From NCBI GenBank assembly GCA_963921355.3, contig OZ001190.1:4411145-4475144 (forward strand): a stretch of DNA of 64,000 nt, in the 5' to 3' direction. Below the pieces are notes generated by a model. It worked only from the letters and a program-made list of their open reading frames with translations, had not been told where the DNA came from and searched no databases. Shown piece after piece: positions 16,905 through 27,065 of the stretch (positions within the stretch are counted from its first letter, which is position 1; the number at the start of each line of letters is the position of its first letter). The stretch is from Thalassobaculaceae bacterium. GTDB taxonomy: Bacteria; Pseudomonadota; Alphaproteobacteria; Thalassobaculales; Thalassobaculaceae. The position numbers were made by a program, and so were the translations under genes.

Positions 16905-17576
16905 ATGCAGATTGGACTGATCGGTGGGATCGGACCCGCCGCAACGGATTTCTATTACCGCGGGCTGATATCGGCATTCGCCGGCAGCGGTCGGGACCTG
17001 GATCTCACGATTGTCCACGCCGACACCGCCACTCTCCTCCACAACCTGGAGACCGACAACACCGCCGCCCAGGTGGCGATCTACGCCCGTCTGACGGATC
17101 GCCTGGTGGCCGCCGGGGCCGGGTTGGTTGTTGTCACCTCGATCGCCGGGCATTTCTGCATCGAGCCGTTCAAACGGGTCTCCCCCCTGCCGGTGATCGA
17201 CATGCTGTCGGCGGTCAGTGCCTCGGTCCGGGAGCAGCGCCTGGACCGGGTCGGCATCCTCGGAACACGCACGGTCATGGAAACCAGGTTCTATGGCGGC
17301 ATCGAGTCGGCGGAGGTTGTCCCGCCGCCCGGCCCTCTGCTGGACGAGGTCCACTCCGCCTACGTCACCATGGCGGCCGCCGGCCGCGTCACCGACGACC
17401 AGCGCGCCGTGTTCGATCGCGCGTGCCAAGCGTTCCTGGAGACCGAGAATGTCGACGCCGTCCTGCTCGGTGGCACCGATCTGGCGCTCGTCTACGACGC
17501 CGCCACGGCCGGGTTCCCGATCGTCGACTGCGCCGCGATCCATGTCGATGCGGTCACCAGGGCGGCCATGTCCTGA
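16905..17576 (+). CDS. Asp/Glu/hydantoin racemase-family protein (non-canonical active-site residues)
   Basis: MQIGLIGGIGPAATDFYY is the family N-terminus. The two catalytic-Cys motif positions read VVTSIAGH and LLGGTDL. Confidence 0.8.
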   Translation: MQIGLIGGIGPAATDFYYRGLISAFAGSGRDLDLTIVHADTATLLHNLETDNTAAQVAIYARLTDRLVAAGAGLVVVTSIAGHFCIEPFKRVSPLPVIDMLSAVSASVREQRLDRVGILGTRTVMETRFYGGIESAEVVPPPGPLLDEVHSAYVTMAAAGRVTDDQRAVFDRACQAFLETENVDAVLLGGTDLALVYDAATAGFPIVDCAAIHVDAVTRAAMS

Positions 17577-17583
17577 CGCGGCT

Positions 17584-18891
17584 CTAGCCTGAAGCCCGTT
17601 CGTCCAGGCACTCCTGCAACGCCCGGTCCAGGATGTCGCAGCCGTGGTGCAGGTCGTCCTCGCTGATCGTCAGGGGTGGGGCGATGCGCCAGATGGCGCC
17701 GCGTTCCTTGCGCAGCTTGATGTTCATGGACAGCCCGAGCTCATAGCAGCGCCGCGTGGTCAGCGCGCCGAGCTCGTGGTCCGGCTCCCGGCTCTCGCGG
17801 TCCTTGACCAGTTCCAGACCGAGCAGCATCCCCTCGCCCCGGATGTCACCGATGCAGGCGTACTTCTGCTGCATGTCGGCGAGCCGGCCTTTCAGGATCG
17901 CCCCCATCTCCAGGGCCCGGTCCAGCAGGTGCTCGCGTTCCAGGGTCTCGAGCACCGCCAGCCCCACCCGGGCGGGCAGCGGGTCGGCGACATGGCTGGT
18001 GTAGAAGTTGAAGCCCTTCGCGAAGATGTCCTCTTCCAGGTCTTCCGACGTCACCGTCGCGGCCAGCGGAAGCCCGGCGCCCAGGGTCTTCGACATCGAC
18101 AGGATGTCCGGCACGCAGTCGAACCGCTCCGCCGCCGTTTTCGTGCCGAGGCGCCCGAATGCGGTCTGGGCCTCGTCGAACACCAGGACCATGCCGCGCC
18201 GGTGCGCCTCGTCCCTCAGGGCCGCATGGTAGCCGTCGGGCGGAACGATCACGCCGCCCGCACTCAGGATCGGCTCCGCAAGGATCGCCGCGCCCTCGCC
18301 CCGGGACTGCATGTCGAACAGCTCCATCCCCACCTTCATGCAGCTCTTGTCGCAGGCATCGCGGCAATGGCGGATCGGACAGCGGTAGGCATTGAGCTCC
18401 GGTATGGCGTAGGAGCCCGGCATGGCCGGGCCATAGCGCCGGCGGTCGCTGGCATAGCTGGCGGAACTGGACCCGCCGGTCACCCCGTGCCAGGAACCGC
18501 CCATGGCCACGACTTCATGGCCGCCGGTGTGCATCTTCGCCATGCGCAACGCGGCTTCGTTGCTCTCGGAGCCGGTATTGACGAACAGCGAGCGTTTCAA
18601 CGGGGCCGGCATCCAGCCGGCCAGGGCCCGCCCCAGCTCCGCCACCACGTCCGGGATCATGCCGGAGAACAGGTGGTAGGCCGTGCGGCCCGCCTCCTCC
18701 ACCGCCGCGACGATGGCCGGGTGGTTGTGGCCGAGCGTCGCGCACATCTGCCCGGAGGTGAAATCCAGGACCTTGCGCCCCTGGTCGTCGGTCACCCAGC
18801 TGCCCTCGGCCCTGACGAACAGGGCCTCGAACCGGTCGCCGCCGAAGCGGACCAGGAATTCGTCGCGGGCGTGTCTCAGCTCTGGGTTCAT
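17584..18891 (-). CDS. class-III (PLP-dependent) aminotransferase
   Basis: 435 aa. Motifs: GQMCATLGHNHP, DEAQTAFGRLG and MSKTLGAGLPL (PLP-Lys context). Confidence 0.9.
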   Translation of the reverse strand: MNPELRHARDEFLVRFGGDRFEALFVRAEGSWVTDDQGRKVLDFTSGQMCATLGHNHPAIVAAVEEAGRTAYHLFSGMIPDVVAELGRALAGWMPAPLKRSLFVNTGSESNEAALRMAKMHTGGHEVVAMGGSWHGVTGGSSSASYASDRRRYGPAMPGSYAIPELNAYRCPIRHCRDACDKSCMKVGMELFDMQSRGEGAAILAEPILSAGGVIVPPDGYHAALRDEAHRRGMVLVFDEAQTAFGRLGTKTAAERFDCVPDILSMSKTLGAGLPLAATVTSEDLEEDIFAKGFNFYTSHVADPLPARVGLAVLETLEREHLLDRALEMGAILKGRLADMQQKYACIGDIRGEGMLLGLELVKDRESREPDHELGALTTRRCYELGLSMNIKLRKERGAIWRIAPPLTISEDDLHHGCDILDRALQECLDERASG

Positions 18892-19095
18892 GGCTCTATA
18901 CGATCACCGATCCTGGGGCAGGGTGTCGCCGAAGGGTCGCGGACGCAACCAGGGACCCGCCCTTCGACACCCTCGGATTTCATCCGGGGTGCTCAGGGCG
19001 AGGCCAGCAGAAAAGACCTTGCCCTGAGCAGGCGCGTCAGCGCCATGTCGAAGGGCAAAACGAAGAGCCGCTCAGGGCGCCGATCCTGTCCCTGA

Positions 19096-19986
19096 TCACC
19101 CGCCCGCCGTCGACACGTACCGCGCCACCTCGGCATGGGTGGCGAACCAGGCGTCCCCGCAGGCCTGAATATGATCGATCAGCGCCTCCAGGATCCAGAT
19201 CCGCGAACGGTAGCCGATCACGTGCGGGTGCATGGTCAGTAGAAACAGCCCGCCCTCCTCGCGCGCCCGGTCGAACTCCCGGCGGAAGATGTCGAACACC
19301 GCCTCGGGGGGCGTATAGGGGCGCAGGTCGGAGGAGCGGTGCATGTAGAAGTACACCGCGTCGTCGCGGATCCACTCGACCGGCAGCTCGATGATCCCGG
19401 TCGGCTCCCCGTCTTCCAGCAGCTCATAGCAATCGTCATCCGCCATCAGCGAGCTGTCGTAGAGCAGACCGAGTTCGCGCTCGATCCGCAGGGTGTTGGG
19501 ACTGAAGTCCCAACTGGGCGTGCGCAAGCCGACCGGCCGCACCCCGGTGATCGTTTCCAGGGTGTCCGCGGACCGGAACATCAGGTCGCGCTCGGCCTCG
19601 TAGGGTAGGACCGAGTTCAGCTCGTGGATCCAGCCATGAATTCCGATCTCGTGGCCCTCGGCGACAAGCGCGCGCTGCTCGTCCGGGTACAGCAGGGCGG
19701 CGACCGCGGGGACGAAAAACGTCGCCCGGATGTCCGCGCGCGCCAGGGCGGCGCGGATGCGCGGCACGCCCTTGCGGTTGCCGTACTGGCCCCAGGACAG
19801 GCGGCCGAGCGACTGACCACCGTCGCGCAGCTCGTTGGTTTCGTGATCGGCATCGAAGGACAGCGCCACGGCGACCCGCTTGCCGCCCGGCCAGATCTCG
19901 GGCCGCAGGGTCCGGCCTGCCCGCACCCGGTCGACCAGGGCTCGCCAGTGCGCTTCCGGCCACTCCCAAGGCTCCTGACCCGTCAT
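19096..19986 (-). CDS. polysaccharide deacetylase-family hydrolase (PuuE-like)
   Basis: Start at MTGQEPWEWPEAHW (complement of 19984-19986), overlapping the stop of the upstream ATPase gene by 4 nt. Motifs: VALSFDADHE...ATFFVP...GHEIGIHGWIHE. Confidence 0.85.
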   Translation of the reverse strand: MTGQEPWEWPEAHWRALVDRVRAGRTLRPEIWPGGKRVAVALSFDADHETNELRDGGQSLGRLSWGQYGNRKGVPRIRAALARADIRATFFVPAVAALLYPDEQRALVAEGHEIGIHGWIHELNSVLPYEAERDLMFRSADTLETITGVRPVGLRTPSWDFSPNTLRIERELGLLYDSSLMADDDCYELLEDGEPTGIIELPVEWIRDDAVYFYMHRSSDLRPYTPPEAVFDIFRREFDRAREEGGLFLLTMHPHVIGYRSRIWILEALIDHIQACGDAWFATHAEVARYVSTAGG

Positions 19987-21019
19987 GTCGCGATACTCTC
20001 CCCTGGGTTCTCCCCGCTTTGGGCGGCGCGCTCGGCCGCGCGGACATGGCAGGCCACGCGCCGGTCGGCGCCATCGTCCAGCAGCTCGGGTACGGCGCGC
20101 CGGCATCCGTCCACGGCCAGAGGGCAGCGCGGATGAAACCCGCAGCCGGGCGGCGGCGCCAGCGGCGACGGGATCTCGCCGGTGATCGCCGCGAACTCCA
20201 CCAGGGCGTCGTCGTCCAGCACCAGGCGGGGGACGCTGTCCAGCAGGGCCCGGGTGTAGGGGTGGCGGGGCTCGCGGTAGATCCGTTCGGTCTCGCCGAT
20301 CTCGACGATGCGACCGAGATACATGATCGCCACCCGGTCCGGGACATGGCGGACAACGCCCAGATCGTGGCTGATGAACAGGCAGGTGATGTCGAGCCCG
20401 CGCCGCAGCTCCAGGAACAGGTTGATGATCTGCGCCTGGATCGACACGTCGAGTGAGGCGACCGGTTCGTCGCAGACCAGCAGGTCGGGCTGCATGGCAA
20501 GCGCCCGGGCGATCGCGACGCGCTGACGCTGACCGCCGGAGAACTGGTGCGGGTAGCGGTCGGCGAAGTCCGGGTCGAGCCCGACCCGGGCCAGCCAGTC
20601 GCCGACATAACCCGGCGCGTCCCGCTTGGACACCAGGCCGTGGGCGACCGGCCCCTCGGCGACGATATCGCCGATGCGCATGCGCGGGTCGAGCGACGCG
20701 AACGGGTCCTGGAACACCGTCTGGACGCGGGTGGTCACCTTGCGGCCCTCGCGCAGGACCGGCACGCCGTCGAGCGCCACGCTGCCGGAGGTCGGCCCCA
20801 GGATGCCGGCCGCCATCCGGCCCAGGGTCGACTTGCCGCAGCCGGACTCGCCGACCAGCCCCAGGGTCTCGCCCCGCTCGATCGCCAGGTCGACCTCGGT
20901 CACGGCGCGCACCGGCCGGTCCTCGACCCGGGCGCCGAAGCGGGCGGCGATCCGGTCACCGAGGCTGAGCTGCGGATCGAAGCGCTTGCTGATGCGCTCC
21001 ATGCTGAGGAACGGCGCGC

Positions 21020-21023
<4 letters not shown>
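19983..21023 (-). CDS. oligopeptide/dipeptide ABC transporter ATP-binding protein (DppF/OppF-like)
   Basis: Start at MSAPFLSMERISKRF. Walker A is GESGCGKST, signature is FSGGQRQRVAIARAL, Walker B is LLVCDEP. It has the C-terminal oligopeptide-type extension with CGFHPRCP. Confidence 0.9.
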
Positions 21024-22008
<985 letters not shown>

Positions 22009-22012
<4 letters not shown>

Positions 22013-22890
22013 CGCCGGAGCCTCGGGTTGAACTGATCGCGGATCTGGTCCCCCACCAGGTTGATCGCGACGATCAGGATGATCAGCGCGATCCCGGGAT
22101 AGACCGAGATCCAGTACCGGCCGCTCTTCATGTAGACGAAGCCGTTGGAGATCAGCATGCCGAGTGACGGTTCCGTCACCGGCAGGCCGAGGCCGAGGAA
22201 GGACAGGGTCGCTTCCAGGGCGATCGAGTTGGCGATCTGTACCGTGGCAACGACGATCAGCGGCGGCATGCAGTTCGGCAACAGATGGCGGAACACCACC
22301 CGGCCGCGCGACAACGGGGTGGCGGTCGCCGCCTCGATGTAATCCTTGCGGCGTTCCGCGGTCGCGGCACCGTAGGCGGTGCGCGCGAAGTAGGCGTACT
22401 GCGCTGCCACCAGGGCGGTCACCAGCTGCCCCTTGCCCTGGCCGAGCAGGGCGACCAGCACCAGGGCCAGCAGGATCGCCGGGAACGAGAGCTGTAGGTC
22501 GACGATCCGCATGATCAGGGTCTCGACCACGCCGCCGGCATAGGCCGCCATGACCCCCAGGGTCGCGCCGACCGTCAGCGCCAGGCCGCCCGCCATCAGG
22601 CCGATCTGAATCGAGATCTGCACGCCGTAGAGGATCGCCGACAGCAGGTCGCGGCCCTGGGCATCGGTGCCGAGCCAGTGGACGTAGCCGCCGGTGCCCA
22701 CATGCCCCGGCGGGCGGCGCGCGTCGAGCAGCGACAGGCCGGCCAGGTCGTAGGGATCCTGCGGCGCGATCAATGGCGCCAGGATCGCGAGCAGCACCAG
22801 GGCCACCACCACAGAAAGCGCGACCACCGCCACCTTGCTCTCGCGGAAATCGGCCCAGAACCGGGCAAGTGGCGCGCGCGCGCCGCTCAC
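22009..22890 (-). CDS. ABC transporter permease (DppC/OppC-like)
   Basis: 293 aa and polytopic. The EAA-type loop is EAATATPLSRGRVVFRHLLPN. It overlaps neighbouring genes by 4 nt. Confidence 0.9.
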
Positions 22891-23861
22891 TTGGTCCCCC
22901 GGCGGGCGATGCGGGGATCGAGGGCGGCGTAGGTCAGATCGATCACCAGGTTGATGGTGACGAACAACAGGGCGACCAGGATCAGGTAGGCGACCATCAC
23001 CGACCGATCGAGGGTTGTGATGGAGTCGATGATCAGCTTGCCGACCCCCGGCCAGGAGAAGATGGTCTCGGTCACCACCGCGAAGGCGAGGGTGGAGCCG
23101 AGTTCCAGCCCGAACACGGTGACGATCGGCACCGCGATCAGCTTGAGCACGTGGTGGCGGACGATCTCGCGCTCAGAGAGGCCGGCGGCACGGGCGAATT
23201 TGATGGTGTCGGTCAGCATCACCTCGCGGGTTCCGGCGCGGGCCAGGCGGATCATCATCGCCAACTTGAACAGCGCCAGGTTCACCGCCGGCAGCAGCAG
23301 GTGCGACAGGCCCTCTATCGAGAAGATGCTCCACTGAATACCGAACACCTCGACCGTCGGACCGCGCCCCTGCGCCGGCAGCCAGCCGAGCGAGACCGCG
23401 AAGGTCAGGATCAGGATCAGACCGACCCAGAAGGTCGGCACCGAGAACCCGAGAATGGAGAGGCCCATGATGGTCTGGGACGACACGGCGTCCGGCTTGT
23501 ATCCGGCCCAGATGCCGAGCGGCACGCCGATCAGCGTCGCGCCGAGCACGGCGGCGAGCGTCAGTTCAAGGGTCGCCGGCAGGCGGCTCAGGATCAGGTC
23601 GAGCACCGGCGTCGAGTACACGAAGGACCGCCCGAAATCGCCTTGGGCGACGTTGCCGAGGAACACCAGGTACTGCTCCCACAGCGGGCGATCGAGGCCG
23701 AAGCGCGCGATGATGAACTCGCGCACGTCCTGCGTCGCATCCAACGGAATCAGCACTTCCATCGGGTTGCCGATGGCATAGACGCCGACGAAGACGATCA
23801 CCGACATCACGAACATGACGACGATCGCCTGCAGGCAGCGCTGGATCACGTAGCCGGACAT
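22887..23861 (-). CDS. ABC transporter permease (DppB/OppB-like)
   Basis: 324 aa. N-terminal MSGYVIQRCLQAIVVMFVMS, the BPD-transport core and ARAAGLSEREIVRHHVLK. Confidence 0.9.
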   Translation of the reverse strand: MSGYVIQRCLQAIVVMFVMSVIVFVGVYAIGNPMEVLIPLDATQDVREFIIARFGLDRPLWEQYLVFLGNVAQGDFGRSFVYSTPVLDLILSRLPATLELTLAAVLGATLIGVPLGIWAGYKPDAVSSQTIMGLSILGFSVPTFWVGLILILTFAVSLGWLPAQGRGPTVEVFGIQWSIFSIEGLSHLLLPAVNLALFKLAMMIRLARAGTREVMLTDTIKFARAAGLSEREIVRHHVLKLIAVPIVTVFGLELGSTLAFAVVTETIFSWPGVGKLIIDSITTLDRSVMVAYLILVALLFVTINLVIDLTYAALDPRIARRGTK

Positions 23862-24021
23862 CGGTCCGTGGCACCCCCCATAAGAATCACGGCGGTGAGG
23901 ATCACTGCAATGAAACGGGCCGGGCGCATGACGCCCGGCCCGTGGAACGTATCACGCCGGGATCAGCCGGCCGGCCGGATGAAGTAGGCCAGCGTGTCCT
24001 CATCGTTGCGCGGGGACATCT

Positions 24022-25566
24022 TCAGCATGCCCTTCTTGGCCGCCCAGACCGTCTGCAGGGTGACGATCGAGATGTAGCGCGGTCGGCCATGATCAGGTCC
24101 ATCGCCTGCTCGAACAGGGCCTTGCGCTTGGGATCGTCCAGTTCCTTGATCGCTTCCTGCAGCAGGGCGTCGACCTTCGGATTGGAGTATTCCGTGCGGT
24201 TGAAGGCGCCAAGCTTCAGGTCGGGTGCGGGCGAATGCGCCAGCGATCCGAGGGTGTAGGACGCCTCGCCGGTCAGGGTGCCCCAGCCGTTCATGAACGC
24301 CGAGTACTCCTTCTTCGCCTGGGCCGGGAAGTAGACCGAGCGCGAGATCGCGTTGACGTTGGTCTTGATCCCGATCTGGGCGAACATCTGACCGAGGCCC
24401 TGGCAGATCGCGCCATCACCCGGCAGCCGGTCGCTGGTGCAGTACAGGTCCATCTGGAAGCCATCCGGGAACCCGGCATCAGCGAGCAGGCTCTTGGCCT
24501 TGGCGATGTCCGGCACGCGCACCGGAACGTTCGAGCTCCAGCCGAAGAAGCCCTCGGCCATGAGCTGGTTGTTCGGCGTGCCGAGACCTTCCAGCACCAC
24601 GTCGACCATGGTCTGCCGGTCGATCGCCAGGTCCAGCGCCTCGCGCACCCGGGCGTCGAGGAACGGGTTCTTCTCCAGCACATTGCCGTCGTTGTCATAC
24701 GCCTTCGGGGTCTGGGCCCGCTGGTCGAGCTGCAGGTTCATCACGTAGACGCTGTCGGCGAGGAAGGTGTCGACCTTCGGATCCCGCTTCAGTGCAAGCC
24801 AGTCGGCCGACGAGACGTAGTTGACCAGATCAACCTGACCGGCCTTCAGGGCCGCGAGCCGGGAGGAGTCGTTCGGCATCTCCTTGCGGACAACCTTCTC
24901 CCAGGCGCCCTTGCCGCGCCAGTAGTCGTCGAAGCGCTCCAGCACCAGATCGCCCTTCGGCTCCCAGGAGACGTACTTGTACGGGCCGGTGCCGATGGCC
25001 GCCTTGCCCGAGTTGAAGCCGTCCGGGGCCGTCTCCTTGGTCGAGTAGTCGGCCGCCGCCTTGTGGGAGACGATGAACAGCCGCACGAAGTTGTTCGGCA
25101 GCGTGGCCGCCGGACCGTCGGTCTTCATGTGCACGGTGTGCGGGTCGATGATCACGACCTCCTTCACCCGGCGCACGTAGATCAACAGGGTCGTCGGCCC
25201 GGTGACCTCAGGAATGCGCTCGATCGAGAACTTCACGTCCTCGGCGGTGAAGTCGGACCCGTCATGGAATTTCACGCCCTTGCGCAGCTTGAATTCCCAG
25301 GTTGTGTCGTCGAGCGGCCGCCAGGACTCCGCCAGGCCCGGCTCGATCTGCAGGTTGTCTCCCGACCACACCAGGGTGTCGAAGATGTGCTTCATGGCAT
25401 CCGCGTGCACCCCGAGGGCCGAGTAGTGCGGGTCCATGGATTCCGGACCACCGTGCACGCCCACCGTCAGTGTCTCGGCGGTCGCATCCGTCGTCTGCAC
25501 GGCCATCGTCGACAGGCCCAACGCCACCGCGAGGGCGCCTGTATGAAGCCATTTCCCGAGTTTCAT
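24022..25566 (-). CDS. ABC transporter substrate-binding protein, family 5 (DppA-like); 3' end apparently frameshifted
   Basis: Start at MKLGKWLHTGALAVALGLSTMAVQTTDATA (signal peptide). After ...FEQAMDLIMADRA the annotated frame ends in an Arg/Ser-rich tail. The +1 frame continues as YISIVTLQTVWAAKKGMLKMSPRNDEDTLAYFIRPAG* (stop at 23963-23965). Confidence 0.85.
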   Translation of the reverse strand: MKLGKWLHTGALAVALGLSTMAVQTTDATAETLTVGVHGGPESMDPHYSALGVHADAMKHIFDTLVWSGDNLQIEPGLAESWRPLDDTTWEFKLRKGVKFHDGSDFTAEDVKFSIERIPEVTGPTTLLIYVRRVKEVVIIDPHTVHMKTDGPAATLPNNFVRLFIVSHKAAADYSTKETAPDGFNSGKAAIGTGPYKYVSWEPKGDLVLERFDDYWRGKGAWEKVVRKEMPNDSSRLAALKAGQVDLVNYVSSADWLALKRDPKVDTFLADSVYVMNLQLDQRAQTPKAYDNDGNVLEKNPFLDARVREALDLAIDRQTMVDVVLEGLGTPNNQLMAEGFFGWSSNVPVRVPDIAKAKSLLADAGFPDGFQMDLYCTSDRLPGDGAICQGLGQMFAQIGIKTNVNAISRSVYFPAQAKKEYSAFMNGWGTLTGEASYTLGSLAHSPAPDLKLGAFNRTEYSNPKVDALLQEAIKELDDPKRKALFEQAMDLIMADRATSRSSPCRRSGRPRRAC

Positions 25567-25737
25567 CGTCCGCCTCCTGTCCATGATCCCCGTGCCGCCA
25601 TCGCGCGACGGCCGCACTCTGCCTCAACCTCGGCTCTTCCGGCCTTACGGTTAATAAATCCATTTGGAACTTGTTTTCCAGAGAGTGAAAGGGGAGAATC
25701 CGACCGTCAAGTTCGAAATGGAACCATAAAGGTCGTG

Positions 25738-26355
25738 ATGGCGAACCAGACAAAGCGCCTTGGGGAGGGCACGAACGTCGTTCCGTTGGAGATCCGGCAG
25801 GGAACAACCGGGCTGGAGGCGCTGACCGAAGCGAAGCTGTGGCATAACCCGTGCTGGTTCGCGTTTCGCTTCAACCACATCGCCCTGCGCTACAACACGC
25901 CGCTCTACGGCTGGATCAAACGCACCACGGGGCTGAGCCGTCCGGAGTTCGTGGTGATCTACTCGCTCGGTCTGCTCGACGGCACCCAGGCGCGCGACAT
26001 CAGCATCTCGTCAGGGTTTCCGAAGAACACGCTCAGCCGGGCGATCGACAAGCTCTGCGGCCTCGGCCTGATCGAGCGCCGGTCCGATGCGGCCGACCGG
26101 CGAAACCAGACCCTGCATTTGCTGCCGGCGGGCCGGTGCATGTTCGACGAGACGCTGCAGCAGTTCATCGCCTTCGAGGAGCGCATGCTGCGCTCGCTGA
26201 CCCCGTCCGAGCGTCACACGCTGTCCAATCTGCTGGCCAAGATCGTGCTCGACACGCCCAACTGGGCCCAGGAGATCGAGGAACCGGAGGTCGAGGAACC
26301 GGAGGTCGAGGAACCGGAGGTCGAAGTTGGCGATGCACCCGAGGAGACCGCGTGA
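25738..26355 (+). CDS. MarR-family transcriptional regulator with acidic repeat tail
   Basis: Start at MANQTKRLGE. The winged-HTH segment is PEFVVIYSLGLLDGTQARDISISSGFPKNTLSRAIDKLCGLGLIERRSDAADRR. The C-terminal tail is EEPEVEEPEVEEPEVEV. It is divergent from the ABC operon. Confidence 0.85.
   Translation: MANQTKRLGEGTNVVPLEIRQGTTGLEALTEAKLWHNPCWFAFRFNHIALRYNTPLYGWIKRTTGLSRPEFVVIYSLGLLDGTQARDISISSGFPKNTLSRAIDKLCGLGLIERRSDAADRRNQTLHLLPAGRCMFDETLQQFIAFEERMLRSLTPSERHTLSNLLAKIVLDTPNWAQEIEEPEVEEPEVEEPEVEVGDAPEETA
26278..26322 (+). repeat. 15-bp perfect in-frame tandem repeat x3 (EEPEV)3
   Basis: gaggaaccggaggtc is repeated three times without mismatch inside the MarR 3' end. Confidence 0.95.
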
Positions 26356-27065
26356 TGCGAATCGCCGAGATGAACTGGATGCAGGTCGAGCAGTATCTGG
26401 CGACCGATGACCGCTGCGTGCTGCCCATCGGCTCGACCGAACAGCATGCCCAGCTGTCGCTTTGCGTCGATATGATCCTGGCCGAACGGGTGGCGGTCGA
26501 GGCGGCAGCCCCCCTCGGGGTGCCGGTCTATCCCGTCATCCCCTATGGCACCGCCCCCTACTTCACCGCCTATCCGGGCTCGGTCACCCTGCGGGTCGAG
26601 ACCCTGCTGGCCCTCGTGCGGGATCTGATCGCCTCGTTCCGCCGCAGCGGGTTCCGGCGGGTTCTGCTGGTCAACGGCCATGGCGGCAACCAGCCGGTGG
26701 CGGCCCTCGCCCAGGAACTGATGGCGGACTGGCCGGAGATGTCGATCCGCTGGCATCAGTGGTGGAACGCGCCCCGAACCTGGGAAGCGGTTCAGCGCAT
26801 CGATCCGCTCGGCAGTCACGCAAGCTGGCTCGAGAATTTCCCCTGGACCCGGCTGGAACACGCGCCGGCACCCGACGGCGTGAAGCCGATGGTCGATGTC
26901 GACCTGCTCAAGGCCTGCGCCCCCGAAGCCGCGCGCGACCTGCTCGGCGACGGCAATTTCGGCGGCGCCTGGCAGAAGCCGGATGACGACATGCTCGCCC
27001 TGTGGCGTGCCGGCGTAGAGGAAACCCGCGAGGCCCTGGAGGGACCGTGGCCGACCCGATCCTGA
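26355..27065 (+). CDS. creatininase-family amidohydrolase (copy 1)
   Basis: MRIAEMNWMQVEQYL...LPIGSTEQHAQL...LLVNGHGGNQP. The ATG shares one base with the MarR TGA stop. Confidence 0.85.
   Translation: MRIAEMNWMQVEQYLATDDRCVLPIGSTEQHAQLSLCVDMILAERVAVEAAAPLGVPVYPVIPYGTAPYFTAYPGSVTLRVETLLALVRDLIASFRRSGFRRVLLVNGHGGNQPVAALAQELMADWPEMSIRWHQWWNAPRTWEAVQRIDPLGSHASWLENFPWTRLEHAPAPDGVKPMVDVDLLKACAPEAARDLLGDGNFGGAWQKPDDDMLALWRAGVEETREALEGPWPTRS

Noticed and set aside
16671-17543. Upstream 290 codons or so of the 457-aa minus-strand ORF 16170..17543
   Set aside because: This stretch is antisense to the racemase-family gene and is low-complexity (Gly/Arg/Asp-rich). Only the C-terminal 165-190 aa look like a real (PAS_5-like) protein.
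24235-25737. 5' part of the 706-aa plus-strand ORF 24235..26355
   Set aside because: It is antisense to the substrate-binding protein gene. Only the last 205 codons (from 25738) form the MarR regulator.
25567-25737. Short repeats (ATTTGGAAC / AAATGGAAC, TGGAA-n6-TTCCA) in the MarR/ABC divergent region as candidate MarR operators
   Set aside because: The arms are only 5-6 bp and imperfect, so they are not distinguishable from chance in an AT-richer intergenic region without comparative data.
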